Positions 41,955-50,747 of a stretch of DNA of 64,000 nucleotides are shown one piece after another (positions within the stretch are counted from its first letter, which is position 1; each line of letters starts with the position of its first letter). A program made the translations under genes and the position numbers. The DNA is taken from contig CAWABA010000005.1 in NCBI GenBank assembly GCA_963780185.1, forward strand, positions 32,001 to 96,000, given 5' to 3'. Below the pieces are notes generated by a model. That model made no database searches. It saw only the letters and a list, made by a program, of their open reading frames with translations, and was not told the origin of the DNA. The stretch is from Candidatus Bathyarchaeota archaeon. Lineage in GTDB: Archaea; Thermoproteota; Bathyarchaeia; Bathyarchaeales; Bathycorpusculaceae.

Positions 41955-42031
41955 TTAGGTATGCCTAATTAGGTTAGCCTAAGTGAATACGGCTTAGCGG
42001 GCGCCGCATATAAACATTTAGGTGCACCTAA
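41955..42031. promoter_or_regulatory. Three DtxR/MntR-type operator palindromes
   Basis: TTAGGTATGCCTAA 41955-41968, TTAGGTTAGCCTAA 41969-41982, TTAGGTGCACCTAA 42018-42031. Confidence 0.8.
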
Positions 42032-42198
42032 GTTGTGAAAACCTGCAAAACAAGCCGATTTTTCATTTACCATTTGGTTTTGAGCCGAAGACCTAAAGAA
42101 GCGGCAAAAAGCAATGACCCGTTTTAACCTTTAAACCCTTTTTTTGTTGCGAATCCTTTTTGTCTTCCCGCCTCGCATAGGTTTCCGTAGGGAAGATT

Positions 42199-43065
42199 GT
42201 GCCGTTAATAGCGAAGTTTGATCCGTGGCAAAGCGGACTGTGCACTTGCCCGCCGAAGCTTACCTTTAACCCTTACACGGGATGCGACCACCAATGCATC
42301 TACTGCTACGCCACAAGCTACATCCCAAACTTTAAGGATTGCAGACCAAAAAAAGACCTGCTGACTACTTTAAAGCGGGAAGCGGGGAAGCTTAGCGGCG
42401 AAACCATCTCGCTTTGCAACTCTTCTGACCCTTACCCGCGTGTGGAAGCTTCTGAAGGTTTGACTAGGCGATGTCTCGAAATCCTTGCTGAGAGCAACTG
42501 TAAAATTCAAATAATAACCAAAAGCAACTTGGTAGTTAGAGATGACGATTTGCTCCGCAAGGTGCCGTCAACCGTTGCATTAACCATAACGACCGACGAC
42601 GACAATCTTGGCAAGCTGATCGAGCCTTTTGCTCCTTTGCCTTCCCAGCGGCTTAGAGCTGCACAAGACTTACTCAAAGCAGGTATACCCGTCTCCGTAA
42701 GGATTGACCCAATTATACCCTTAGTGAACGACCAACCGCAAGAACTCATCGCTACCTTGGCAAAAATAGGCGTCAAACACGTGACATGCTCAACATACAA
42801 GGCTAAACCCGACAATTGGATGCGATTCAGCAAGGCTTTCCCACAAATCGCAGAAAAAATCAAGCATCTTTATTTTCAGCAGGGCGAAAAAGTAGGCGGC
42901 AACACGCTTCTTCCTCAGGAAGTCAGGTTTAAGATTCTCAAAAATGCCCGTGACTTGGCGTTGGCGGAGGGGATGAAATTTGGGGTTTGCAGAGAAGGCT
43001 TAAATGGGTTGAACACGGCGCCATGTGACGGTTCCTGGCTTATGCCTAAGGCGAAGGGGGTTTAG
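42199..43065 (+). CDS. Radical SAM protein, SplB/COG1533-like
   Basis: NPYTGCDHQCIYCYA (CxxxCxxC), SSDPYP, ITKS, RIDPIIP. Confidence 0.88.
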   Translation: MPLIAKFDPWQSGLCTCPPKLTFNPYTGCDHQCIYCYATSYIPNFKDCRPKKDLLTTLKREAGKLSGETISLCNSSDPYPRVEASEGLTRRCLEILAESNCKIQIITKSNLVVRDDDLLRKVPSTVALTITTDDDNLGKLIEPFAPLPSQRLRAAQDLLKAGIPVSVRIDPIIPLVNDQPQELIATLAKIGVKHVTCSTYKAKPDNWMRFSKAFPQIAEKIKHLYFQQGEKVGGNTLLPQEVRFKILKNARDLALAEGMKFGVCREGLNGLNTAPCDGSWLMPKAKGV

Positions 43066-43070
43066 CGCTG

Positions 43071-44165
43071 ATGCAGAACCGTGTGGTTATGCTTGTGGAT
43101 TTCGACTATTTCTTTGCGCAGTGCGAGGAGCTTCGCAACCCCGCCATCAAAGACAAACCCGTGGTCGTCGGCGTCTATTCGGGGCGTACGGAAGAAAGCG
43201 GAGCCGTCAGCACCAGCAACTACATCGCCAGAAAATACACTGTTAAATCAGGCATGCCGCTGTTCCAGGCTAAACGAAAGCTAGAAGGAACCGACGCAGT
43301 TTTCTTGCCCGTTGACCACGAATACTACGAGCAAATAAGCAACCGTATAATGCAGATTCTCAGGCGATACGCAACCAGCCTTGAACAAGTCAGCATAGAT
43401 GAGGCTTACTTGGACGTTACAGAGCAGGTTCAAGACAGTTTCGAGAAGGCAAAAGACTACGCCCAAAAAATAAAAGCAGACGTCAAAAGCCAAGTCGGAA
43501 TTTCCTTTTCAATCGGCGTTGGACCGAACAAGCTTGTGGCTAAGATTGCCTGCGACAGCCAGAAACCCAACGGTTTAACAATTGTGAAGCCTGAGGAGGC
43601 GAAGAGTTTTCTTGCGCCCTTAGCGGTTGATCGGCTTTTAGGTGTCGGGAAAAAGACTTCGGCGGTGATGGCGTCTTTAGGCATCAAAACAGTCGGTGAC
43701 CTAGCTGTCTTTGATGTGCAGCGGCTAGTGGGTATTTGGGGAAAAATACTGGGTGTCTACTTCCATAACGCAGCCAACGCCGTTGACAACGAGCCCGTTC
43801 AGGAGCAAGGCGAAGCTGAATCCATAAGCCGAATCGGCACGTTAAAGCAGGATTCCCGTGACTTAGCGTTTATTCTGCAGAAAACTGACGAGCTAACCGA
43901 AGACGTCGCGAAAGATGTTGCCGTGAGGAATTTGAGTTTTAGGCAGGTGGCAATCTACGTTGTCTTGACTGATTTAAGCAGCAAAACAAGGTCCGTGACG
44001 CTTGAGCAATCAGCCAAAGACAGCGAGACAATCCACAGAAACGTCAAGGATCTGCTTGAAAAATTCCTGAGCGAAACGCCACTTGAAATACGAAGAATCG
44101 GCGTCCGAGTCTCAGCCTTCAGCCACCAGGAACCACGCCAAAAGCAGCTAACTAGCTTCTATTAG
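43071..44165 (+). CDS. dinB: DNA polymerase IV (Y-family, DinB/Dpo4-like)
   Basis: VDFDYFFAQCEE, STSNYIAR, SIDEAYLD, AKIACDSQKPNG, GVGKKT, RRIGV. Confidence 0.95.
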   Translation: MQNRVVMLVDFDYFFAQCEELRNPAIKDKPVVVGVYSGRTEESGAVSTSNYIARKYTVKSGMPLFQAKRKLEGTDAVFLPVDHEYYEQISNRIMQILRRYATSLEQVSIDEAYLDVTEQVQDSFEKAKDYAQKIKADVKSQVGISFSIGVGPNKLVAKIACDSQKPNGLTIVKPEEAKSFLAPLAVDRLLGVGKKTSAVMASLGIKTVGDLAVFDVQRLVGIWGKILGVYFHNAANAVDNEPVQEQGEAESISRIGTLKQDSRDLAFILQKTDELTEDVAKDVAVRNLSFRQVAIYVVLTDLSSKTRSVTLEQSAKDSETIHRNVKDLLEKFLSETPLEIRRIGVRVSAFSHQEPRQKQLTSFY

Positions 44166-44223
44166 TTGCAGAATTATGCGCTATTTTTTATACTAAAACG
44201 GTGAAATCTCTTATGATGATTGA

Positions 44224-45411
44224 ATGCTATCCTCGGTCAACGCCAGATTTGTATTTCATAATGTAGGCGAAGGGTTGTTTTATTCTGGCTATATTGAGGA
44301 TTTTAATTGCATGTACGATTGTGGCTCAACTCGGCCAAGACAAGTAAACGGGCTAGTATCCGATTACAAAAAAATGTTGCGACCCTTCAAAATTGATTTG
44401 CTTGTGCTGTCCCATCTTCATAGTGACCATACTTCAGGGCTAAATACGCTGCTCTCAAGATACCCCGGTGTTCCAGTCGACCTAGCGGTTCTTCCATACT
44501 TGTCACCTTTGGAAAGATTAATTGTATCTCTTTCTAAGGAATATTTACCAAATTGGTATTATGAGTTTTTGTCTGACCCCGCAACCTTCTTGGTGAGTAA
44601 AGGGGTGAGGAAAATCATCCTTATAGGAGACAGTGAGCCGTCTGAGGTTTGGGACAATCTTCCGAAAGACAGGCCTAATTTGGATCACTTTGGCAATGAA
44701 GAAGGTCCAATAGAAAAGATAAGTTTACAAAATGCACGCGCACTCGAAGAGAACATTCGCCATGAAGAGCCCTTGTTAACTCAGATGCTTAATAGCGGCG
44801 CAATCTCGGCAAAAACACACGACGGTGGCATTTTTGCTCGAACAAGGAATCTCCGATGGCTCTTTCAGTTCTATAACTATAAAGTTGAGAGGACAGCTGA
44901 AAAAGAAAAATTTGAAAAAAGCGTTTCCGCAATCATCGGTACCGACAAAATCACGGAAGTAATAAAGGATTTTTCAAAAAGGAAACTATTAAGAGATTGC
45001 TACAAATCACTTCAAGCAGATTTTAACGATACTTCTTTGCTAATGTATCACGGTCCTATCTTTAGCGATATTCACCTTGAAAAGAGTTTTCATCAAGCGC
45101 ATCTTCTGACAGGGGACCTCAATCTTAACAATAAAGTGTTAGACGTCTGTAGCCATTTCGGTAATGATCTATCCAAAGTTGGTTTTTGCTTAGTGCCCCA
45201 TCATGGCTCAAAAAAGAATTGGGACCCTTCTTTCTCAAACAATTTCCGTGCAGACTGTGAATGGGTTGTCTCGTGTGGATTAAGGAATAAGCATCATCCC
45301 AGCTTTCAGGTTGTGGATAATCTGAAGAAAAAAGGAAAACACGTAGTTCTTTGTAATGAGATTACGGGGTTAGTTTGCTATCCCTTAACAGGTTATGCAC
45401 ATATGCTATAG
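44224..45411 (+). CDS. Metallo-beta-lactamase-fold hydrolase (ComEC/Rec2-like motif set)
   Basis: NVGEGLF, YDCGS, LSHLHSDHTSG, LLTGD, VPHHGS, HHP. Confidence 0.85.
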   Translation: MLSSVNARFVFHNVGEGLFYSGYIEDFNCMYDCGSTRPRQVNGLVSDYKKMLRPFKIDLLVLSHLHSDHTSGLNTLLSRYPGVPVDLAVLPYLSPLERLIVSLSKEYLPNWYYEFLSDPATFLVSKGVRKIILIGDSEPSEVWDNLPKDRPNLDHFGNEEGPIEKISLQNARALEENIRHEEPLLTQMLNSGAISAKTHDGGIFARTRNLRWLFQFYNYKVERTAEKEKFEKSVSAIIGTDKITEVIKDFSKRKLLRDCYKSLQADFNDTSLLMYHGPIFSDIHLEKSFHQAHLLTGDLNLNNKVLDVCSHFGNDLSKVGFCLVPHHGSKKNWDPSFSNNFRADCEWVVSCGLRNKHHPSFQVVDNLKKKGKHVVLCNEITGLVCYPLTGYAHML

Positions 45412-45502
45412 CTAAAGTCACCTTGTTAAATCGCTTGAGCCAGATCCAACTAGGATAAAGCTTTTTCTTTCCGTTAAGGTTAGACTCTAGGCGGGTGTTT
45501 GT

Positions 45503-46096
45503 TTGTCTTACGAGACGAGTAAAAAGAAGTTGCCGCCTGACCAGCAGCCCACTACGCGACTTCTCCGATGGGGCATCGATCATCCCGGAATAACATCAGT
45601 CAACCCCCAGATTAAGCTGGAAACCTACACGTTAACCATCGACGGCGAAGTGGAAAACCCCGTTGCGCTCAGCTGGAACGACTTCATGAAGCTTCCAAAA
45701 ACCGTTTCGGTCAGCGATTTCCACTGTGTCGAAGGCTGGAGCGTTCTGAACTGCAAATGGGAAGGCGTAAGCATCCGCGAAATCGAAAAACTCGTTAAGC
45801 CGAAAGATGTTGCGAAAGCCGTGACTTTTGAATCAGCAGATTCATACACGACTTCACTTTTCCGCGAAGAACTCCAAGGTAACGACGTGCTCCTAGCCTA
45901 CAAACTCAACGATGTAGTGCTTGAAGAGGGCCTGGGGTTTCCAGTTCGCCTAGTAGTTCCAAGCAAATACGCTTACAAAAGCGCATTGTGGGTGGTGCAT
46001 CTGCAGTTTACTCGCGGCAAAGCTTTAGGTTTCTGGGAACGCCGTGGCTACAGTGATAGCGCGGACGTATGGAAAAACGACCGTTTCAGACGGTGA
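45503..46096 (+). CDS. Molybdopterin-dependent oxidoreductase (sulfite oxidase/YuiH-like)
   Basis: LPPDQ, DFHCVEGWS, GFPVRLVVPSKYAYKSALWV, GFWERRGY. Confidence 0.9.
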   Translation: MSYETSKKKLPPDQQPTTRLLRWGIDHPGITSVNPQIKLETYTLTIDGEVENPVALSWNDFMKLPKTVSVSDFHCVEGWSVLNCKWEGVSIREIEKLVKPKDVAKAVTFESADSYTTSLFREELQGNDVLLAYKLNDVVLEEGLGFPVRLVVPSKYAYKSALWVVHLQFTRGKALGFWERRGYSDSADVWKNDRFRR

Positions 46097-46238
46097 ACGG
46101 CGGCTCTTAGCATAAACAACGGTTTGTAGGCTGATTGTTTTCGTCCGATACTTTTCTGAATTATAAATAATTATTTTGAAGCATGAGAACGTTTATAAGC
46201 TTGCTTTAATAGTGATGGGAATCTCAAGAGGTTAAATT

Positions 46239-46406
46239 ATGTCGCAAGAAAACGCGGAGGCAAAACAAGTCCAAACCTGTAGACTGCTGCCCGACAGCAT
46301 CCCCAAAGGATGCGCCGTTATCTCAGCAGAAAGCAGCAAACCGAAAGTGCCGCTGCAGAAAAGAAAAGAAGAAGCCAAAGAAACACTCTACCTGAACAGA
46401 GTTTAA
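46239..46406 (+). CDS. Small hypothetical protein (55 aa)
   Basis: MSQENAEAKQVQTCRLLPDSIPKGCAVISAESSKPKVPLQKRKEEAKETLYLNRV*; TTTATAA box and GAGG SD upstream. Confidence 0.55.
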   Translation: MSQENAEAKQVQTCRLLPDSIPKGCAVISAESSKPKVPLQKRKEEAKETLYLNRV

Positions 46407-46504
46407 GCCTAAACACTGCGCTGTTTTAAAGAACAGTTTTGTTGCGCTTTAATTCTTTTATACTTGTTTACTTATCGGCTTTAAGACAAGAAGGCAAGAG
46501 AAAA

Positions 46505-46951
46505 TTGGATTACACTGAGGCTAAACTTGGGCGAATCTTTGTTCTTAGACTTTTCCAAGGTGAACGTATTCATGAGGTTATTGAAAAATTTGCTTCCGAG
46601 AAACAAGTCCAAAGTGCTTTATGCTTCTTTTTAGGCGGCGCCGAAGACAAAAGCAAAGTTGTGGTTGGACCAAAAGACGGCAAAGTGTTTCCGCCTGACC
46701 CCATGGTGACCTTGCTCAAAGGCGTTCACGAAGGCTGCGGCGTAGGAACAATCTTCACTGACGAACAAGGCAAACCCAAATTGCACATGCACGCAAGCTT
46801 CGGACGAAACGACAACACGGTAACAGGTTGCGTACGTTTAGGTGTTGATGTTTGGCAAATCGGCGAAGTCGTCGTTTTGGAGCTTTCAGATGGCTCTGCT
46901 ATACGGGCGAAAGATAAGGAAACGGGTTTTGAACTTCTAGAAGTCGGCTAA
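46505..46951 (+). CDS. PPC/DUF296 domain protein (AF0104-like)
   Basis: GRIFVLRL, GTIF, PKLHMHASFGR; start placed at TTG 46505. Confidence 0.85.
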   Translation: MDYTEAKLGRIFVLRLFQGERIHEVIEKFASEKQVQSALCFFLGGAEDKSKVVVGPKDGKVFPPDPMVTLLKGVHEGCGVGTIFTDEQGKPKLHMHASFGRNDNTVTGCVRLGVDVWQIGEVVVLELSDGSAIRAKDKETGFELLEVG

Positions 46952-46953
46952 AT

Positions 46954-48561
46954 CTAAGTTTGAGTCTCGTTAAAACGTACTAGGAAAAGCCTGTGGGGCA
47001 TTAGTCCGAAGAACGGCATTTCCGTTGGGACGCCGAATCTGCCCGTGCTGTAAATCATCTGAAGAACATCCGCGTACGTTATTGTTGTGTTGTAAAACCG
47101 GGTGTTTGAACCATAGTCGTAGAGGATTATGTATTTTACGTTGCGTTGCTCGCATAGATTAACGAATTGGGTTATGTTGAAGTTGATTGTGTAGGCGTCA
47201 ACGGCTAAACTTGGGTACTGCCAAATCTGGTCTGCTGACATGTTTGAAGGCAAGTAGAAGCGGAACATGTTTTGGTCTAAAAGGTTGAAGGCGCAAACAA
47301 GCACCGCTGACTGGGTCTGGCTTAAGTTACCAGCCAGATAAGCTGTTGTCTCCGCTACTGGAATATTGACTTGGTCTCGAGCGGTCATTTGGTAAGCGTC
47401 GTTGGCGGAGTAAAACATAGTTGAGGCGGCGAGGAAAATGAAAAGCGCCGTCGCCAGCTTCTTAGTCGGGATTCTGCTGAGGCTCATCTGCTTAGGCTGC
47501 CATGAATGGATTTTCCCGTAAAGAAACACTATGAAACAGGCTGCGGAGATGGCTAAAATTGGAAAGACTGAGTCGATGTAGCGCCATTGCCTGTTCGGGA
47601 CAACTGTGAAGAAAAAGTAAATTGCTAAGAACCACGTGAGCAGGAAGATATCTTGTTTTTTTCTTCGGTAAGCAAATAGTCCCAAACCTGCTAATCCTAG
47701 TATCATGATGGGTATGGAGATTGGATGTACGGCGATGTCTTGGAATGGAGAGGTAAGTTCAATCAGGTAGAAAACAGGGACAAAAAATCGGTTGCTGTAC
47801 GCTGGGGTATTTTGGGAGCCGCTCTCTAACACGGAAGTTATGGTTTGGAATTTTGTTTGGCCGTCAACTTGATAAACCAACAAAAACCAAGGCGCCACAA
47901 CCAATATTGCGATTACAAATATCACGATGAGTTTGGCTAAACTTATCTTCAAACGTTTTCTGCACAAAACCAAAACGCTCAGCGCCATCGCAACGGCGGC
48001 TACTGCCATTTGATATTTCGCCAAAATGCCTACGCCAAAGATTACTCCGCTGAAAACGAGGGCTTTGTAGTTGTTCTTGGTTATCCAAGAGTAGAAAACA
48101 AGCATTAGGGCGGTGAAGAAAAATATCAGGATTGTTTCAAGCATTGTTACTCTTGAAACCCAAAGAAAACCCGGCGTTATGGCGAGCAAAACACTTGCAA
48201 TCAAAGCGTTTTTGTGTCCGTACATTTTGGTGCCTAACTCAAATACTGCCCAGATGGCTAGTACGGCGAAGGTCGCGGAAACCAATCTGCCGGCAACTGT
48301 TGTTATGCCGATTGTTTGCATGTATCCTGTTGAGATAAGGTCGAAAAGCGGCGGATAATAACCGTATGTTGTAAGATAAAGATGGCTTTGTCCGCGAGAC
48401 AGAAGCAAGGCGCCGAAAAGATGAGGCATTTCGTCCCATTGCGGAGACATGTAACCGAGGCTTAGAGTTAGCAGGTAAGCGTAGATAGCTGCGAAGGCAA
48501 GAAAAGCTAACCGCCACTTGTGAGCTTTGATTGCAAGCTTCAGCCGAGCCGCAGCCGACAA
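46954..48561 (-). CDS. GT-C glycosyltransferase (ArnT/PMT, family 39-like)
   Basis: WDEMPH luminal motif, YPPLF, GILAKY, many TM helices; may start at CTG 48612. Confidence 0.85.
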   Translation of the reverse strand: MSAAARLKLAIKAHKWRLAFLAFAAIYAYLLTLSLGYMSPQWDEMPHLFGALLLSRGQSHLYLTTYGYYPPLFDLISTGYMQTIGITTVAGRLVSATFAVLAIWAVFELGTKMYGHKNALIASVLLAITPGFLWVSRVTMLETILIFFFTALMLVFYSWITKNNYKALVFSGVIFGVGILAKYQMAVAAVAMALSVLVLCRKRLKISLAKLIVIFVIAILVVAPWFLLVYQVDGQTKFQTITSVLESGSQNTPAYSNRFFVPVFYLIELTSPFQDIAVHPISIPIMILGLAGLGLFAYRRKKQDIFLLTWFLAIYFFFTVVPNRQWRYIDSVFPILAISAACFIVFLYGKIHSWQPKQMSLSRIPTKKLATALFIFLAASTMFYSANDAYQMTARDQVNIPVAETTAYLAGNLSQTQSAVLVCAFNLLDQNMFRFYLPSNMSADQIWQYPSLAVDAYTINFNITQFVNLCEQRNVKYIILYDYGSNTRFYNTTITYADVLQMIYSTGRFGVPTEMPFFGLMPHRLFLVRFNETQT

Positions 48562-48787
48562 GCTACTTGATTGCTGCTTTGAACCCGCTGGGCTTGGTTG
48601 TTTAATGGTCAGCCTCTCTCCCTATGGAAAAGCATTATTTCACACTATGTAAAAAAGCGTTTGTTAAATCCGCTTGCTTCAAAATTGAAAAGGCAACAGT
48701 TGGTTTTTTACCCAAAAGAGTCTTATGGCAGCAGCTTGAAATGTAGTGAAACCAAGCGTGCCTTAAAAAGCTGGCAAGTGCCCAAAC

Positions 48788-49495
48788 ATGAAATTGTCAA
48801 TTGTGGTTCCTGCATACAATGAGGAAAAGAGGATCAAGCGCACATTGGAATGCTTGGTTGAACGATTCAATGGTTCCTGCGAAATCATTGTCGTGTCTGA
48901 AAGCAATGACAAAACAGATAACATTGTAACCGAATTCTCCAGAAATTCAGCAGCCGTCAAATTGGTAACCTCAACCAAAAGGCTCGGGAAAGGCGGAGCA
49001 TTCAAAAAAGGGGTTCAAACCGCCCACGGCGAAATAGTCATGCTGCTCGACTCAGATCTTCCCGTTCCAATTTCAGACGTTGAGAAGGTGGCTTCAACTG
49101 TGGGCAGAATTGACATCGCTGTAGCTTCAAGAGAGGTTCAAGGAACAAAAATGTTGGTTTACCCACCGCTTGCAAGAGTGTTCGCAGGCAAAGCTTTCTC
49201 CCACATATTCAACGCCCTATTCGACCTTAACGTGAAGGACACCCAATGCGGCTGCAAAGCCTTCAAAAGAGAAGCCCTGCAAAGCGTTCTCTCCACTGTT
49301 GAAAGCAACGGGTTTGAGTTTGATGCTGAACTGCTTTTTAAATGCAAAAGAAAAGGTTACACTATAAGAGAGGTGCCTGTAACTTGGAGTTACAAGCCTG
49401 ATTCAAAGCTTAACCTCTTTAACGACACGCTAAAGATGGGGAAAGGTGTTCTCAAATTATGGCTGCAAACGTACATAGTCACGCAGAAGACTTAG
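48788..49495 (+). CDS. GT2 dolichyl-phosphate glycosyltransferase (Alg5/DPM1-like)
   Basis: SIVVPAYNEE, GKGGA, LDSD, DTQCGCKAF, FEFDAELL, EVPVTW. Confidence 0.92.
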   Translation: MKLSIVVPAYNEEKRIKRTLECLVERFNGSCEIIVVSESNDKTDNIVTEFSRNSAAVKLVTSTKRLGKGGAFKKGVQTAHGEIVMLLDSDLPVPISDVEKVASTVGRIDIAVASREVQGTKMLVYPPLARVFAGKAFSHIFNALFDLNVKDTQCGCKAFKREALQSVLSTVESNGFEFDAELLFKCKRKGYTIREVPVTWSYKPDSKLNLFNDTLKMGKGVLKLWLQTYIVTQKT

Positions 49496-50145
49496 AGCGG
49501 ATAGAACAAAGCGATTTCTGGAGCAAAACGAAAGCAAAGCTAATTTTAGGTCTCGTTGAAGGCTCAAAAGTCTTAGACGTCGGCTGCGGCTCGGGACGGC
49601 TATCCAAAAAACTTTCAGAAAAAGGCTGCAGCGTGGTGGCAATAGACACTGACTGGAAAGCAGTTGAAATTGCAAAAAAGAAAGGAATCACCGCGTTTGT
49701 AACCGGCATTAACGAATGGGTAACCGATGAAAAATTTGACTGCATAATTCTCGGCGACGTGTTGGAGCACATTGAAGACGACGAATCAGCCATGAGAAAA
49801 ATCCGTAGCATGCTGAAGCCCCACGGCTGCATCGTGGTGAATGTGCCGTCGTACCAGTTTTTGTTCAGCCAACACGACGTCGCGTTGGGACACAAACGAA
49901 GATACTCCGACCATGAGCTTAGAACAAAGCTTGAAGCGTCAGGATTCAAACTTGAATATTTCAGGCACTGGAATTTGCTTGCTTTTCCAGTTACTGTTTT
50001 GATTAAGGTTTCCAAGAAGGATTATCCTCATGAAAAAGTGTCAAACATCACTGTTTTGTCTATGCTGCTGGAGAAAACGTTGTTGTTAGAGTCGAAAGTG
50101 AACTATTTCTTTGGGATTTCTATTTTGTGTAAAGCCAGAAAATGA
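49459..50145 (+). CDS. Class I SAM-dependent methyltransferase
   Basis: VLDVGCGSG, DVLEHIEDD, HDVALGHKRRY. Confidence 0.9.
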   Translation: MAANVHSHAEDLERIEQSDFWSKTKAKLILGLVEGSKVLDVGCGSGRLSKKLSEKGCSVVAIDTDWKAVEIAKKKGITAFVTGINEWVTDEKFDCIILGDVLEHIEDDESAMRKIRSMLKPHGCIVVNVPSYQFLFSQHDVALGHKRRYSDHELRTKLEASGFKLEYFRHWNLLAFPVTVLIKVSKKDYPHEKVSNITVLSMLLEKTLLLESKVNYFFGISILCKARK

Positions 50146-50255
50146 CGAGTTTTCGCTGACTTGTTTGAGTAATTGCATTTATTTTCTTCTCTAAGCTTTA
50201 ATAGCAGCGGTTTAGTAGTGCTGGCTTATGGCATCCAAATCAAAGGAGGACCATT

Positions 50256-50747
50256 TTGTCTCAGAAGGATAATAGACGTCTTGCTTTGGAAAAAGTTTTG
50301 AAGGAACACAATTACCAGGAAAGCGCCCTTTTAGAAATACTGCATCGTGCCCAAGAAATTTACGGTTATTTAGATAAAGATTTACTTATGGATATTTCTG
50401 GGTCGCTTAGCCTCCCACCGAGCCACGTCTACGGCGTAGCCACTTTCTACAGCTTCTTCAAGTTTAAACAGCAAGGGCAGCACATAGTGACTGGTTGCTT
50501 GGGAACTGCCTGCTACGTGAAAGACGTTGAACAGATTTTTGAGGCAGTTGAAAAAGAATTTAATGTTAAACGCGGGGGGTCCACCTCTGACGGAAAGCTT
50601 TCCCTTCTTGTTACACGGTGCATCGGCGCATGTGCCATGGCGCCTAACATAGTGGTTGATGACGAAGTCGTGGGCAAAGCCACATCAGAAATTGTTATCG
50701 CAAAAATAAAAGATGCGTTGGGAGGAGTTAAAGCTGAAAGTAACTGA
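50256..50747 (+). CDS. hoxE: Bidirectional hydrogenase diaphorase subunit HoxE (NuoE-like)
   Basis: VYGVATFYSFF, CLGTAC, CIGAC ([2Fe-2S]). Confidence 0.9.
   Translation: MSQKDNRRLALEKVLKEHNYQESALLEILHRAQEIYGYLDKDLLMDISGSLSLPPSHVYGVATFYSFFKFKQQGQHIVTGCLGTACYVKDVEQIFEAVEKEFNVKRGGSTSDGKLSLLVTRCIGACAMAPNIVVDDEVVGKATSEIVIAKIKDALGGVKAESN

Noticed and set aside
39542-42031. TTAGG..CCTAA repeats as a CRISPR array or transposon ends
   Set aside because: They are only 14 bp, irregularly spaced and confined to promoters next to a DtxR gene; there are no spacers, cas genes or transposase.
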